Shown: positions 30,408-42,600 of the stretch, in pieces | How positions within the stretch are numbered: position 1 is the stretch's first letter | Layout: each line of letters starts with the position of its first letter | DNA from: an uncultured virus (IMG/VR IMGVR_UViG_3300025102_000020) | Taxonomy: Duplodnaviria > Heunggongvirae > Uroviricota > Caudoviricetes > Crassvirales | IMG/VR virus record: IMGVR_UViG_3300025102_000020 | DNA: 64,000 nt | Direction: 5' to 3' (one strand) | The notes under the pieces: generated by a model | Told to the model about the DNA's origin: nothing | Database searches by the model: none | The model's input: only the letters and a program-made list of their open reading frames with translations | Program-made: the position numbers and the translations under genes

Positions 30408-30761
30408 ATGCCAACAATAACTTTAAATTTTTCAGGAGTAGTACAGTCTTCAGTTCAAATAAACGACATAGCGTATTATGTTGACACTAGTCAATTAGGT
30501 GGTTTTGACACGGGTGATAGTTCGAATATAGTAAGAATTGGTTCTGTGATTTCCGTGGGAGTGAACAATATAGTTTGCAATATAGACTCGTCGACAGCGC
30601 CACCTTCGACTTCTGATTTTATAATGTTCAGCAAGGATAACTCTGCCAACATGTCTAGTCTTTTAGGGTATTTCGCTAAAATAAAATTAGTTAATGACGA
30701 CCCTAATGAAGCTGGAGAGTTGTTTTCTGTATCGGCCAACTACTTTGAAAGTAGTAAATAA
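30408..30761 (+). CDS. small virion protein
   Basis: SVQINDIAYY...FIMFSKDN..NMSSLLGYFA...ELFSVS. Confidence 0.65.
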   Translation: MPTITLNFSGVVQSSVQINDIAYYVDTSQLGGFDTGDSSNIVRIGSVISVGVNNIVCNIDSSTAPPSTSDFIMFSKDNSANMSSLLGYFAKIKLVNDDPNEAGELFSVSANYFESSK

Positions 30762-30778
30762 ACACTAAAAACTGTGAC
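30755..30778 (+). promoter_or_regulatory. candidate phage promoter TAAATA-N13-GTGAC
   Basis: same spacing as 598 and 44445 copies; about 28 nt upstream of 30807 start. Confidence 0.5.
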
Positions 30779-30806
30779 TATATTGATATAAATTTAATTT
30801 AGTCGT

Positions 30807-31412
30807 ATGGAAATGAAAGATATAAATGATCAGATAAATAAAAACCCGCTAACAAAAGAAGAGTCAAGAAAACAATTTGTAGAAATGACGGAAAAGCTAG
30901 ATATAAAACATAGTTTTACGTTTGAAGAGGCTTGGGAAGCTGGTGAGATAATTAGAAGAAAACAAGATTATAGAGACAAAATTGTTGAATTTGAGAATCA
31001 GTTAAAAAATATAGAAGGAGCTTTAACTGGAGAAGAATTAGAAAAACTTAACCCAGTAAAACATTCTTTTGCTGATGGTTGTTACGTTAGAGAAATATTT
31101 AACCCAGCTGACGAATTAATAATCACTAAAATACATAAAAAAACACATCCGTACTTTTTAGTCGAAGGAGAGATGTCTATTTTAACTGAAGACGGTGTTG
31201 TTAATTTAAAAGCACCTCATAACGGTATAACTCTTGCTGGCACTAAAAGAGTTATATATACACATACGGATTGCAGGTTTATAACGGTCCACGTTACAGA
31301 TAGTACAGATTTAAAAGATATAGAAAACGAAGTAATAGCTAAAGATTTTACCGACAAAGAAATATCTTTAGAAACTGTTGAGTTGTTAAAAAATAAAGGA
31401 AATTTAAAATAA
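30807..31412 (+). CDS. cupin-like protein
   Basis: HSFADGCYVREI...KIHKKTHPYFLVEG...GTKRVIYTHTD...TVH. Confidence 0.6.
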   Translation: MEMKDINDQINKNPLTKEESRKQFVEMTEKLDIKHSFTFEEAWEAGEIIRRKQDYRDKIVEFENQLKNIEGALTGEELEKLNPVKHSFADGCYVREIFNPADELIITKIHKKTHPYFLVEGEMSILTEDGVVNLKAPHNGITLAGTKRVIYTHTDCRFITVHVTDSTDLKDIENEVIAKDFTDKEISLETVELLKNKGNLK

Positions 31413-31418
31413 ATAATT

Positions 31419-32090
31419 ATGAGTTGGATAATGGTAGGTATGGCCGCGGCTTCTGGAATTACAAAAATTGTAGCAGCAAACCAAGGTAGAAAAGCTAGAA
31501 TAGAAGAACAAAGGCAAGCTAACAACGAATTAGCTAGGCGTAAAGTAGATTTAGAAGGAGCTGACGTTAGTAATCCTTATGCTAATATGGAAAATGCTTT
31601 TGAAGATCTAACTGTGAACACCCAACAAGCAGAATTTGAGGCACAGCAAAATCAACAAAACCAAGCCAACATATTACAAAGTATGCAAGGGTCGGCTGGA
31701 GGAAGTGGAGTTGCTGGTTTAGCGCAAGCAATGGCAAACCAAGGTTCTCAACAAGCGGCTAGGGCGTCAGCTTCTATTGGTCAACAAGAAGCAGCGAACC
31801 AGCAATTAGCAGCTAAAGAAGGGTCTAAAATACAAAGTAAAGAAAGATACGGTAGAATGTTAGAACAAGATAGGTCTTTAGATAAAACAGAAACTATGAT
31901 GGGATTAGCTCAAAGAAGAAAAATTGGAGCTGATGACGCTAGACAAAGAGCTAGAGACCAAGTTTCCGAAGGTATAAGCGATATAGGAGCTGGAATAACT
32001 TCTGCTTTTACTATGAAAGGAGGTGTTGGTAAAAGTGGCTTCAAAATGCATGGACCTACTTTTTACAAGAACATGAAAAAAAATAAGTAA
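31419..32090 (+). CDS. putative DNA ejection/internal virion protein
   Basis: Q/A/G-rich helical protein; C-terminal AFTMKG and GFKMHG motifs. Confidence 0.6.
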   Translation: MSWIMVGMAAASGITKIVAANQGRKARIEEQRQANNELARRKVDLEGADVSNPYANMENAFEDLTVNTQQAEFEAQQNQQNQANILQSMQGSAGGSGVAGLAQAMANQGSQQAARASASIGQQEAANQQLAAKEGSKIQSKERYGRMLEQDRSLDKTETMMGLAQRRKIGADDARQRARDQVSEGISDIGAGITSAFTMKGGVGKSGFKMHGPTFYKNMKKNK

Positions 32091-32091
32091 T

Positions 32092-33621
32092 ATGGCCAAA
32101 AAAAATAATAGTTCCGCACTAAAAGTAAACGAAGCTTTAATAAGACAGTCTGCCGAAACGTATAAGTATTCCGGTGGGGCTGGTAGTACTATGGTAGATC
32201 CTATTGATTGGGGAGGAGCCGTAGAAGACGTTGCTAAGGTTATAATGGGCGAAAGAATGAAACAAGAAGAAGAGGAAAAGCCAAGCGATAACAACACTAC
32301 TAAAAAACCAGAAAAGAAAGAAAATAAAGTACCAAGTAAAGAGCCAAGGCGAGTTATAATGGACAGTGAAAGCTCTAAGTTTATTATTAATCCAGACTGG
32401 GTTCTTTGGAATGAAATATATGGAGACGGAAAGAAAAAAAGCGCTTTACCACAAAGAGAAAAAGGTAAAAAAATTACATCACAAGAACCTTTGGAAATTG
32501 GGCCTCCTTACTCTGATAGTTATTTAAGAAGTAGAGGTATGGACCCAAAGATGTATAGACGATTAGTCGCAGAGCAAAAGAAAGAAAAACCTGTTTCTCC
32601 GCGTAAGAAAAAAGGAACTGCTTTTAAAAAATACTCTGCTTTAAAGTCAAGAACGCGAGAAAGCTATATACCTACTTCTAGCCCTATGCAGCAGAGGAGG
32701 CAGGTTGGAGATTTGCCATACGTGAGACAAGGGGCGGTAGGAAGCACTATATATGATACTTGGGGCTCTTTGCCAGAGGAAAAGCTAAATGATATGAAAA
32801 AAAATCATGTAGCAAACTCTACTTTTGGCTCTGCGTCAACTAATCAAATTGATGTTTTAAAAAACCCTAAGCACAAGGCAACTGTTAGGAACTATTTAAA
32901 AAAAGCAAAAGAAAATATGATTAACGCACTCAACGATGGTCAAATAGAGTTTAAAGATCAGTGGATGGATAACGTTAAAAATTTAGTTGGTAATTTAGGA
33001 TCGATGAATACTAAGTATGGAGGATGGGTAGACATGAATAAGTCTAGTCAATTTGAAAAATCAAGCTTTAATAATTTAATATCAAAAGGAAGCCACAAGG
33101 GAGATCAACGTAAGTACGATTTGACATATATGGGATCTGATAAAATAAACATGAGTATATCAGAAGAGGGAGACATGTATTTTAAAGCAGATGGTATAGA
33201 GGATGTTTGGACGGTTAAAGATTTAGATAGAAATGTTTTTGCTAAAAACTTCCAAGGATACAAAGTGTGGGATAGTTTCATAGAAGATATGAAAAAAACA
33301 AACAAAGAAGGAGGTAAGATTTCTGAGGGAGCTTTGGAAGCTGTTATTGAAGGCGTAACCGAAGGTAAAGAAAGTTTACTTTCTTGGTTTTACGACTTTG
33401 GATTATTTGATAAATTAGAAAAACAAGCTGAAGAAAATGGCGTTATGATGGACTTAGATCAAATTATGCCTGAAAGCGAAAGATTCAATATAGACCTTAT
33501 AGAAGATCTAGTTAAAAACGGATTAGTCAACATGGCTAAAGAAAGAATTGGAATGGAAACTTCTAAGTTTACAAGCCAAGGTTTGTCTGCTGGTGACTTA
33601 ATAAACAAATATAGAAAATAA
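32092..33621 (+). CDS. putative internal virion protein
   Basis: between ejection-like gene and giant gene; SALK/SPMQQ motifs. Confidence 0.6.
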   Translation: MAKKNNSSALKVNEALIRQSAETYKYSGGAGSTMVDPIDWGGAVEDVAKVIMGERMKQEEEEKPSDNNTTKKPEKKENKVPSKEPRRVIMDSESSKFIINPDWVLWNEIYGDGKKKSALPQREKGKKITSQEPLEIGPPYSDSYLRSRGMDPKMYRRLVAEQKKEKPVSPRKKKGTAFKKYSALKSRTRESYIPTSSPMQQRRQVGDLPYVRQGAVGSTIYDTWGSLPEEKLNDMKKNHVANSTFGSASTNQIDVLKNPKHKATVRNYLKKAKENMINALNDGQIEFKDQWMDNVKNLVGNLGSMNTKYGGWVDMNKSSQFEKSSFNNLISKGSHKGDQRKYDLTYMGSDKINMSISEEGDMYFKADGIEDVWTVKDLDRNVFAKNFQGYKVWDSFIEDMKKTNKEGGKISEGALEAVIEGVTEGKESLLSWFYDFGLFDKLEKQAEENGVMMDLDQIMPESERFNIDLIEDLVKNGLVNMAKERIGMETSKFTSQGLSAGDLINKYRK

Positions 33622-33629
33622 AATTTAAT

Positions 33630-36600
33630 ATGGCTTTAGAAGAAATAGTACAATCTATGATAGACGATGGTAGATCAGAAGAGGAAATAGCTTCTGTTAT
33701 ATCTGAGCACGATAATATCGAAAAAATCGATAATAACAAAGTGTTCAAATCTCCTTCTGAAGACATAGACGAAGTTGAAACAGTAGAGCCAAAAACTAAA
33801 ACTGAAGTGCCTGCTTTAGAAGAACCGGCGATGGAGACTGATGTTGAGGAGATTAAAGTAACCGACTTAACTAAAGAAAACGAAACAAAGAAACGTAGAT
33901 TTAAAGATAAAGTAAAATCTATATTAGGACCAATGAACGTGTCAACAGAACTACAAGACAATGTGGTACGTTTAAAAGAGTTATACAACAATATTGATAT
34001 AGACGCAATTACAGAGTCCTCTAAGAAAACAACCGCAGATTCGTACTTTCAGATAAATCAAATTAAAAGAAGACAAGGTTTTGACCTATCCCATTTGTCA
34101 GATGAGTTTTTAGAAGAAGAAGGTCTTGAAAGACAAATACCTTTTAAAAAGGCGTTTTTTGATTATTATAAAAACGAGCAGGGCTATACTAAGAAAGATA
34201 TTAAAAAACTTTGGAAGGAGTACGAGCAGTACGAAAAAACAGACACTTTACCAGACAATGATTTTGTAAACAACGAAATCATGGAGCGTGTTAATAAAGA
34301 AAAAGGAAGGGTTACAGGTGAGTTTTTTAAAGATTTAAACAAATTTGAAATATCTGAAGTAGAAAAATATTTGAGAGAGGTTGAAAACAAAGCAGATATT
34401 GAAGTGTCTTACAACCCGTTGATACCTGAAGAAGAAGGTGGTGATGGTCAGTTCGAATCTATAGTAACTAACATAGAATCTAGAATCACGCAGCTTCAAA
34501 ATCAGTACGATATCTCTGAAGAAAAAGGTTTTGGTCAAGTAAATACCAAGATGAAGGGTGATATAAAGGAAGAATTAGATGGGCTTAAACAAGAATTAGA
34601 ATTATTTAAAAACAAACAGTTTAGAGATTTAAAATTAATCCCACAAATATTTGAGGCTACTAATTACGGTGGAGACGCGATAGGAAATATAAACAACGGT
34701 AGAAGTAATCAAGAAACATATATATACAACGTTGATTTCCCGGAGGTAGAAGTAAATGATAAACAAATTGTTATAACTCCTGCACAGGCTAATTTAAATT
34801 TAGTAAAAGATATATTTTCTCAAACAATAGACACTGACTCTAAAATGCTGGAAAAGATGGGTGAGACTTATTGGACAGATACCATAGAGAATTTTGAAAA
34901 ATACGCAGAGGAGCAAGGTTACGAAATTTGGAATGGAACTGATGTAGATCTGGAAGACAGCGACTTACTTAGAGGGAGCGATAAATACTACGGAGAATTA
35001 ATAAAGTTTATAGGAGAGGACAAAACTAAGGCTTATAAAAATTATTTAAATTGGGTTGCTAAAAAATCTCAAGTAGATGGTTATGTTGATCCTCAAGGCT
35101 GGATGAAGCTTAGTACTTTTGACATAAACGAAGACCATACTCCAACTAATTGGTTCGGTATTGAGGACTTTCAAAGGAAATACAACACGCAAATGGTACA
35201 TTTGTTTAACGAGAAATTAACGCCTACAGAGATATTAGATTACCAAAAATCTATGTACAATGTTACTGGTTTTAATTTGTACAACGAATGGGAGCAAGAA
35301 AGAATAAAAGATGAGGATACCTATAGAAAACTAACAGGTAAGCATCTTCTGCAACCTACGACTTATAAAGGTGTATATTATGAGCCTAGAATAAACATGA
35401 ACCCTGAGAGCAGAAAAAGTGTAGAGGCTGACTTGAGAGCTAGACATAGTTTTTACAAGCCGTTTGCCGAGCTTAGTTCTTATGATATTAATCGTGTTAC
35501 TAATTACACCACTAGAAAGCTCAACAAGCATATCAAGGATGCGTTTAAGAGAATAGAGCAGATTGAAAAAGCCGCAGAAAAAGAAATGGAAAAGTATTTG
35601 TCTAGTGTTCCAAAGGAGCTGACAGATAGACTAGGAGAGTTAATGGACATGTTAGCTTCTTATCCAACCACGCCAACCACTAAAGAGGATATAAGAAAAT
35701 ATAACGACATTATACTGGAAGCTCAAGCTATAGATGAGGCTATGGAAGAAACTGGTATTAATGATTTACACAAAAGACTAAAATATTTAAAAAACTTACT
35801 AGAAGTTGAAATAGAAACTTTAGTAGAAATATGTGAAATAACAGACAAACAAGAACCTATACGTAGAATCGCTGGTACTAATTATAACGACTGGGATCTA
35901 GCGATACACAACATCGAGAAAGGTATTTTATATCCTTTAGGTATGCTAGTTAGAGACGTCTTGCTTCTTGATAGAACACAACAAATAACTAAGCACAACA
36001 ACCTAGGAACGCGAGTGGATATTAATGGTAACTTAGTCCACGCTTTTAGGCCTAGCAACACTTTTAACGTAGATTTTGATAACACTACCTTTAGAGGATC
36101 GTTTTTTAGTAATTTGTTTACGTGGGATACTAGAATACAAGGTAGACTTTTTGCTGACGCCGCGCCCACGCTATCTATTATATCGTTCAGCGCGTTAACT
36201 GGCGGTACTACTGCTAGTTGGCTTATTCCATTTTTTGCTACAGGATATGGAAATGAAGTTTTTAAACTAGAAAACAGGAGGAATGAAGCAAAAAAATATA
36301 TTGACTTTTATAAAGCTGCTTATAATTTAGCAGAGACAGAGGAAGATAAGTTCTACTATGGAAACTTGATGAATGAAGCTGATAGAATGAGCAATCTGTC
36401 AGAGTTTGATATTTACGCATCGGGAATCTACAAGGGCCTCACAGAGGTGTTAACGGAGTATACTCTTGGATATGGTTTCTTTTTAAGACGTTTACGTAGA
36501 TTTAACAACAGAAGATTAGCTGGAGGAGCTGGTCTTGGTAATCTAGTTTCTCTCAATGTTGTTAACCATATGTCTAATGTTTCTCAAGAAGTATTAGTTG

Positions 36601-39600
36601 AAATACTTCACAACGGATGGGATAAGTACTATTTAGGAGACGACATTAGTTTGTTTAAAGGTTTAGATGAAAGAAGATGGTGGGATAATACCGTTTGGAC
36701 TACTTTGGTTATACAGGGACCTGGAACAGTAAGACAAAGTTTAAATGTTTTTAACGATGCTGTTAGTACGCAAAGATCAAGAGCTAAGCAAAGAGAACTA
36801 GCTAAAGAATTGCACGGTCTTTTAGAAACGAAGAAAGAGATCATGGAAGACGAAAGCGGAAGCAGACTAGCGGAGCTTGAAGAAATAAACAAAAGAATAA
36901 GCGAGGTGCTTGAGGAGTCTAATATGATAAACTTCATGAATCTATCCGAGTTAGACGAATTGACTATGGAGGAGATGAAAGAAGCTTTTTCAATACAGAG
37001 ACAAATAGATGAGAGAGTAAGTAGACTTAGTTCTATGGCAGAAGCTTTTGGACCAGATAAAAAACTTAGGGACAAGTTAGTACAGGAAATAACAGAGTTG
37101 CAAAACAAAAAAGATAAGATACTAAACAAAGAAAGCGATAAAACTATAGAGGACACTAAAGACGCCGCTAACCCAGGTGTAGCTGCTTATAATTGGGGTT
37201 TAACTAAGTTTTACAATAGAGCCATAAAAGCAATGGCAGAACAAGATGAAGATCTTAACTACTATGAGTTAGATTATAAAATTGTCCATTTAGGTAAGTT
37301 TGACAAAGATGGAAACAAAATATATGAGCTTACTGAAAAAGATAAGGCCGCTATAAGAAAAAGGTTTCCAAAAGATGCTAACGTAATAATAAATGGTATC
37401 ACCAAAAGTTTTGCTGTAAACGAAGGGAATAGTATATATGTGTTTACAAACAACCAATTAAACGCTATAAAGTTCGAGTTCGCTCCTGAATTATCATTAT
37501 TTCCTACCGCGAGAAGAATGAACGCTGCTTATGCGACTGTCGCTGCTCTTCACGAGTATATACATTATTATTTGTTTAAAAAAGGATTAGTCACGTATGA
37601 ATACGATTTTGACGTAACAGAAACCGAAGAGGGAATCGAAGCAGTAGAAGAAGTTGAAAGCACGTCTTTAGAGGCAGATAAAATCAAAAAGAAAAGAATT
37701 TTAAACGAATCTTTAAGAGAGTCTTTAGAAGAGTTAGATAGATACTTGCAAGGAAAACTTACCAATAAAGAAATGGAGTTGGTAAGAAATAGAATTGCTA
37801 AATATAAAAAAGAAAACAATAATCAAGACGACTACGAGGAGTTTGTTATGTTGCTCTCTGATTTGTTAGCCACTGGATATATTACTAAGACAGATATTAA
37901 CGCTATGTTCCACGTAAGATCTTTCTTCCAAGGATTGGCTGAGTTTGTTGGTCTTGATTATGGTTTTGGTAATTTATTTAAAAGACCAGAAGATATAGTA
38001 ACTTACCTAGAGTCTTTACAAAGAAAGATAAATGCAGGGAAATTAAAAGTTATACTCGATCCTGAGGAAGAAAAAGAAGTTAAAACAAAAGAGGACGATC
38101 ACGTTGTTATGATGTCTATAATGGAAAATTTAGCTAGTGAAGTTGACGCTATATGGGCTAAAGACGGTGTAAACGGAACTGTAGATATAATATCTTTATA
38201 CGGGGGCGTGTATAACTATGACACTGGAGCATTTGATGTTATACCGAACAGCATGTTAGATAGAGCTATTAGAAAATACCGAGGCTTTCCTAGTTTTGAT
38301 TACAACGAACTAGCAAATGCGTTTGTAACAGAGAAGAGAGGTTTAATGGAGATGATAACCAAAGAATATAACGCTAAGCACAAAAAACAAAAAGACTCTA
38401 AAACAACAGAAAAAGAAGCAACTCTATCTATGTTCTTGAACAAATTTTGGCCGGAGAGAATAAAACAAATAGCCGTTGACGTTTTAAAACAAGAGTTTGA
38501 ACCCGAGATCACAGAAAAAACAACAAAGATGATCGACGAAGATGGTAACATGGATTTTGACTTCTTCATAGATAATCAAATAGACTTACAATTAGCCACT
38601 GTCTTAGGAGTAGAAGAGCGTATTAAAGAAAAAATAAGAGAAGCTGTAGAGAAAACTTTTGGTACAAAACTTCCAGCAGTAACTTCTTTAAAATTTAAAA
38701 CAGTAGTTAACGATGCTGTTAGAGCAGAGCTTAACGGTGTTATACGAGAATTAATGGGTGGTAGATCTGCCGCTAAATTTAAAGCTTTCTTAGAATCTAA
38801 TTATACAGATAAAGGTGGAAACGTTATAGAAGTTTGGAAAGCTATTTATGATGCCATACCTCAGTCTATATTAAATAAGAGCTTCCAAGCGTTTATAGAG
38901 CCCGTACTAGACGAGCAAGGTAGACAAGTAAGACCAGACAATAATAGATTATTTAAAAGAAAAGATATAACTAAAGAAGAGTTTTTAGACTTTTTCTTTG
39001 GTGAAAACGTTGGGCGTTCTACGCAAGGTACTAGAAAAACAGGGCTGATAAACGCTTTAGCAGTAACACTATCTAGACATTATGTTATAGACCATCTTGA
39101 AGATTCTAAAAATTTAGAAAAAACAGAAAACATCAACGAACTTCAAGGACATCAAAAAGTAGATAACTACTTAGCTAGGGTAACAGAAGCTTTAGATTTA
39201 AATCCTGAAAACAAGTTATCTATAATGGAGTTAACACCAGGAGTTATAGACGAGGTAAGTAAATTAAGAGACTTTGTTTCTGAAAACGGTGAAACCAAAG
39301 GTAGTGATATGGCTCCGTTGTTAGACAAGTATTTAGACGAAGAAGTAGACGATAAATTTAAAGGTTTTATGGGTGTCATTATAGAAGACGTTAAAAACAT
39401 CTTTGACGAATACGGATCTATAAGTATGGAAGAACTAGCTAAAGCAATAGATTCTAAATTTGGTCAAAACATCGGCTTTGAGTTTTTTCCGAATTTTAAC
39501 GAAGTTATTAAAAAACTTACTAATGGCGAAGTAAAGTTGATGGATTTAAAAACTAAAGAAGGTGAAAAAAGATTCTTTGAATTAATGGGTGAGCTTTCTG

Positions 39601-42600
39601 AAACTATGGACCCAAGATTCTTAGACGTTAAAACGGTAAGATATTTCTTTTCTGGTAACACAACTGTAACAGGTTTTAGCTCTGGAACACGTGTCAACTC
39701 AAAAGGTAAAACAGTTCCAGCGGCGTACAGTATGGACTTTATGATGGATAAGCTTATTCGTAATACTGATATTAACGATTTTGTAAAATACAACGAAACA
39801 ACAAAAGAGTTTGAGCTAGTAAATGTAGAAACTTTAACTCCAGCAGAAGAAAAGAAAATAGAAGAAGTTATAATAGCTTGGAACAAAGACATGGGTATAG
39901 ATCATGATTCCTCTATAGAAATAGCTAAACTAGCAGATAAGATTAATGAAAGTTTTAATTTAAACGAAAGAAGAGAAGGTATAGAGTTTGCTAGAGACTA
40001 CTTGTACAAAAAGATAAATGCTTTTGTAAACCAACATGAAGACGGTACAAAAGAAAGATTAGAAGCAATATCTTTCGTGGCTAGGTTGTTACAATATCAA
40101 ACAAACGTTAAACCTGGGCTGTCTAGACAAGGTGCTTTTTTAAGTTCTTTTACTCTAGACTTTAGCGAGACAGAAGCTCGGCCTTTTCAATGGGAACATA
40201 ATATTCAACTACTAAACTTTAACGCTAACGTTTTAAAAAGTATAATAGACGGCAAGTTCGACGAAAGATATGAAACGTTGTCATCTAAATACGTTCAGAG
40301 TTTATTAGATAAAGATGCTCAAATTTTCTTAGACGGTAAAAATTTACCAACCGAAGAGTTTAAGGCTAAATATAAGGTTGATTTTGCTGAAATAGAAAAA
40401 TATAGAGGTAAAACAGGAGGAGCTCCAGGATTTACAATTGGAATGGAAAGCGAAGCACTATGGATAGTTGCTTTAAGTAACGCGTCTAGAACCGTAGACT
40501 TGAGAACTGGTCTAACTATGGATCGTGTAATTTACAATAAAATTAACACGAAGAGAGCTGTTGATTATTTAGATGGTATAGCCGAAAGAATTAGATCAAA
40601 CGCTCCTAATACTCGTAATAGCGATATAGTATTTAATCCAATGAACGAGTCTAAGATATTTAGTAATAAATTTAACACAGATTTATTTAACGATATTATA
40701 TCTTCTTTGGTTATTGGAGAGGACGCTACGGAAAAGATAGACATTCTAGCCAACTCAATAAGAACACAAAACGCTAAAGATATAAAAGATTACAAAGTTA
40801 TTAATAAGATAACTGAGAATAATAAAATAGAGAACGAAGAACAAGACGAAATAGACAAGGTAGTTAAAATGTCTTTAGCTGGAGAATTTAACGGCGCTAG
40901 TTTGTTTGATTTTGACGGCACGGTTGGAGAAAGTGACAACGTTGTTATAGCTACTAAAGATGGAGTAACAAGGACTTTAGATGGAGTTCAATGGGCTGAA
41001 GATGGACTTAGATTAATACAAGAAGGTTGGGAGATGGATTTCTCTGACTTTAACAATGTTACTAACGGTAAACTTGGTCCGTTATGGCAGAAGCTTATAA
41101 ATCAATTAATAAAATACGGAAATCAAGATGTTTACATACTTACAGCTAGAGCGCCTGAAGTTCAAGACGCTTTGTTTAAATTTATTAATGGAGAAATAGA
41201 TAAACACAACGAGAAAAATAATACTAATGTTCCTCACATGATAAGAGGTAACATAGTTGGATTAGGCGATAGTACTGGAAAGGCAAAAGCAGATTGGATA
41301 AAGAATAATTTAATATTTAATGGGTTTAACGACATATACTTCGTAGATGACATGAAGGAGAACGTAGACGAGGTTCAAGATATGTTTAATGAATTTCCTG
41401 AAGGTATTATTAGAGATGGTGGTAAATCCGTTTTAGTAGACGCCAATAAAGCTAACACAGATAATAAAGTTATATTCTTAGTAGGAGGACCTGGAGCAGG
41501 TAAGTCTAATATTGTAAATCAACTTGGGTTAGGGAAAAATTACGTTGTATTAAACCCAGACGCAATAATGGAACCTATGCTTAAGAAAGCTGGTTTACCA
41601 TTAGATCAATCTTTGTTAGAAACAAAAGAGCAGAGAAGTCAATGGGCTAAAATACAGCAAGCTGCTATAAAAGATTTTAAAGCAGAGATCGAAAGATTAA
41701 AATCAGAAGGCAAGGGTATTGTTATAGATGGAACGGGAGCCTCGTCTAACGTTATGCAAAAAAGATATAATGATTTTGAAAGTCTAGGATATGATATAGG
41801 AGCTGTATTTGTAAACACTAGTTTAGAAACAGCTTTAGATAGAAACTCAAAAAGAGAAAGATCTTTAAGAGAAAGCATAGTTACTAGAACGTGGGAAAAC
41901 GTACAAGAAAACATTGATTTTTACAAGGAGTTATTTGGAAATGATTTCTTCCAGATAGACACGGATAATATAGGCCAATTTGATGTCTTGCCATTATCAT
42001 TCACCGAAAATGTAAGTAACTTTACATTAAGAGATAATATTCAAGAAGATGATGTTGACTACGCTAAGTACAGTTTAAGTGAGTCTTTTAATATTATAAT
42101 TGAGGAATCAACAGGTATTGAAGCTAAGAAAAGATATTCAGACGTTCAAGCCAATCTTCAAGGAAAAAGAAAATGGTGGAATAAATTAAATATACTTACT
42201 GATCCAGGCGCAGAGGATTTTAAAGGACTGTTATACAGTTTGTTGAGCCCAGGTAAAGAAGGAGAAAGACAAATGGAGTGGTTTAAAAGAAACCTTATAG
42301 ACCCGTATGACAAAGGTGTGGCTGAAATGGAAAAGGAAAGGATTAGGCTTTTGCAAAACTATAAAGAAATTATTAAAGGTCTACCTAAGATTAAAAAGAA
42401 ACTACAGTCAAAAATAAAGAGAGAAGATGGTAAGGATAGTTACTTAACTCTTAATCAGGCCGTGCGGGTTTGGATATGGACCAAGAACGGTGTAGACATG
42501 ACAGCGATGGGACTTAGTAAAAGAGACCTTGATTTGTGCCTTAAAACAATAGAAAGTGATCCAGAACTTAAAACTTTTGCAGATGCCTTAAGAAATATAT

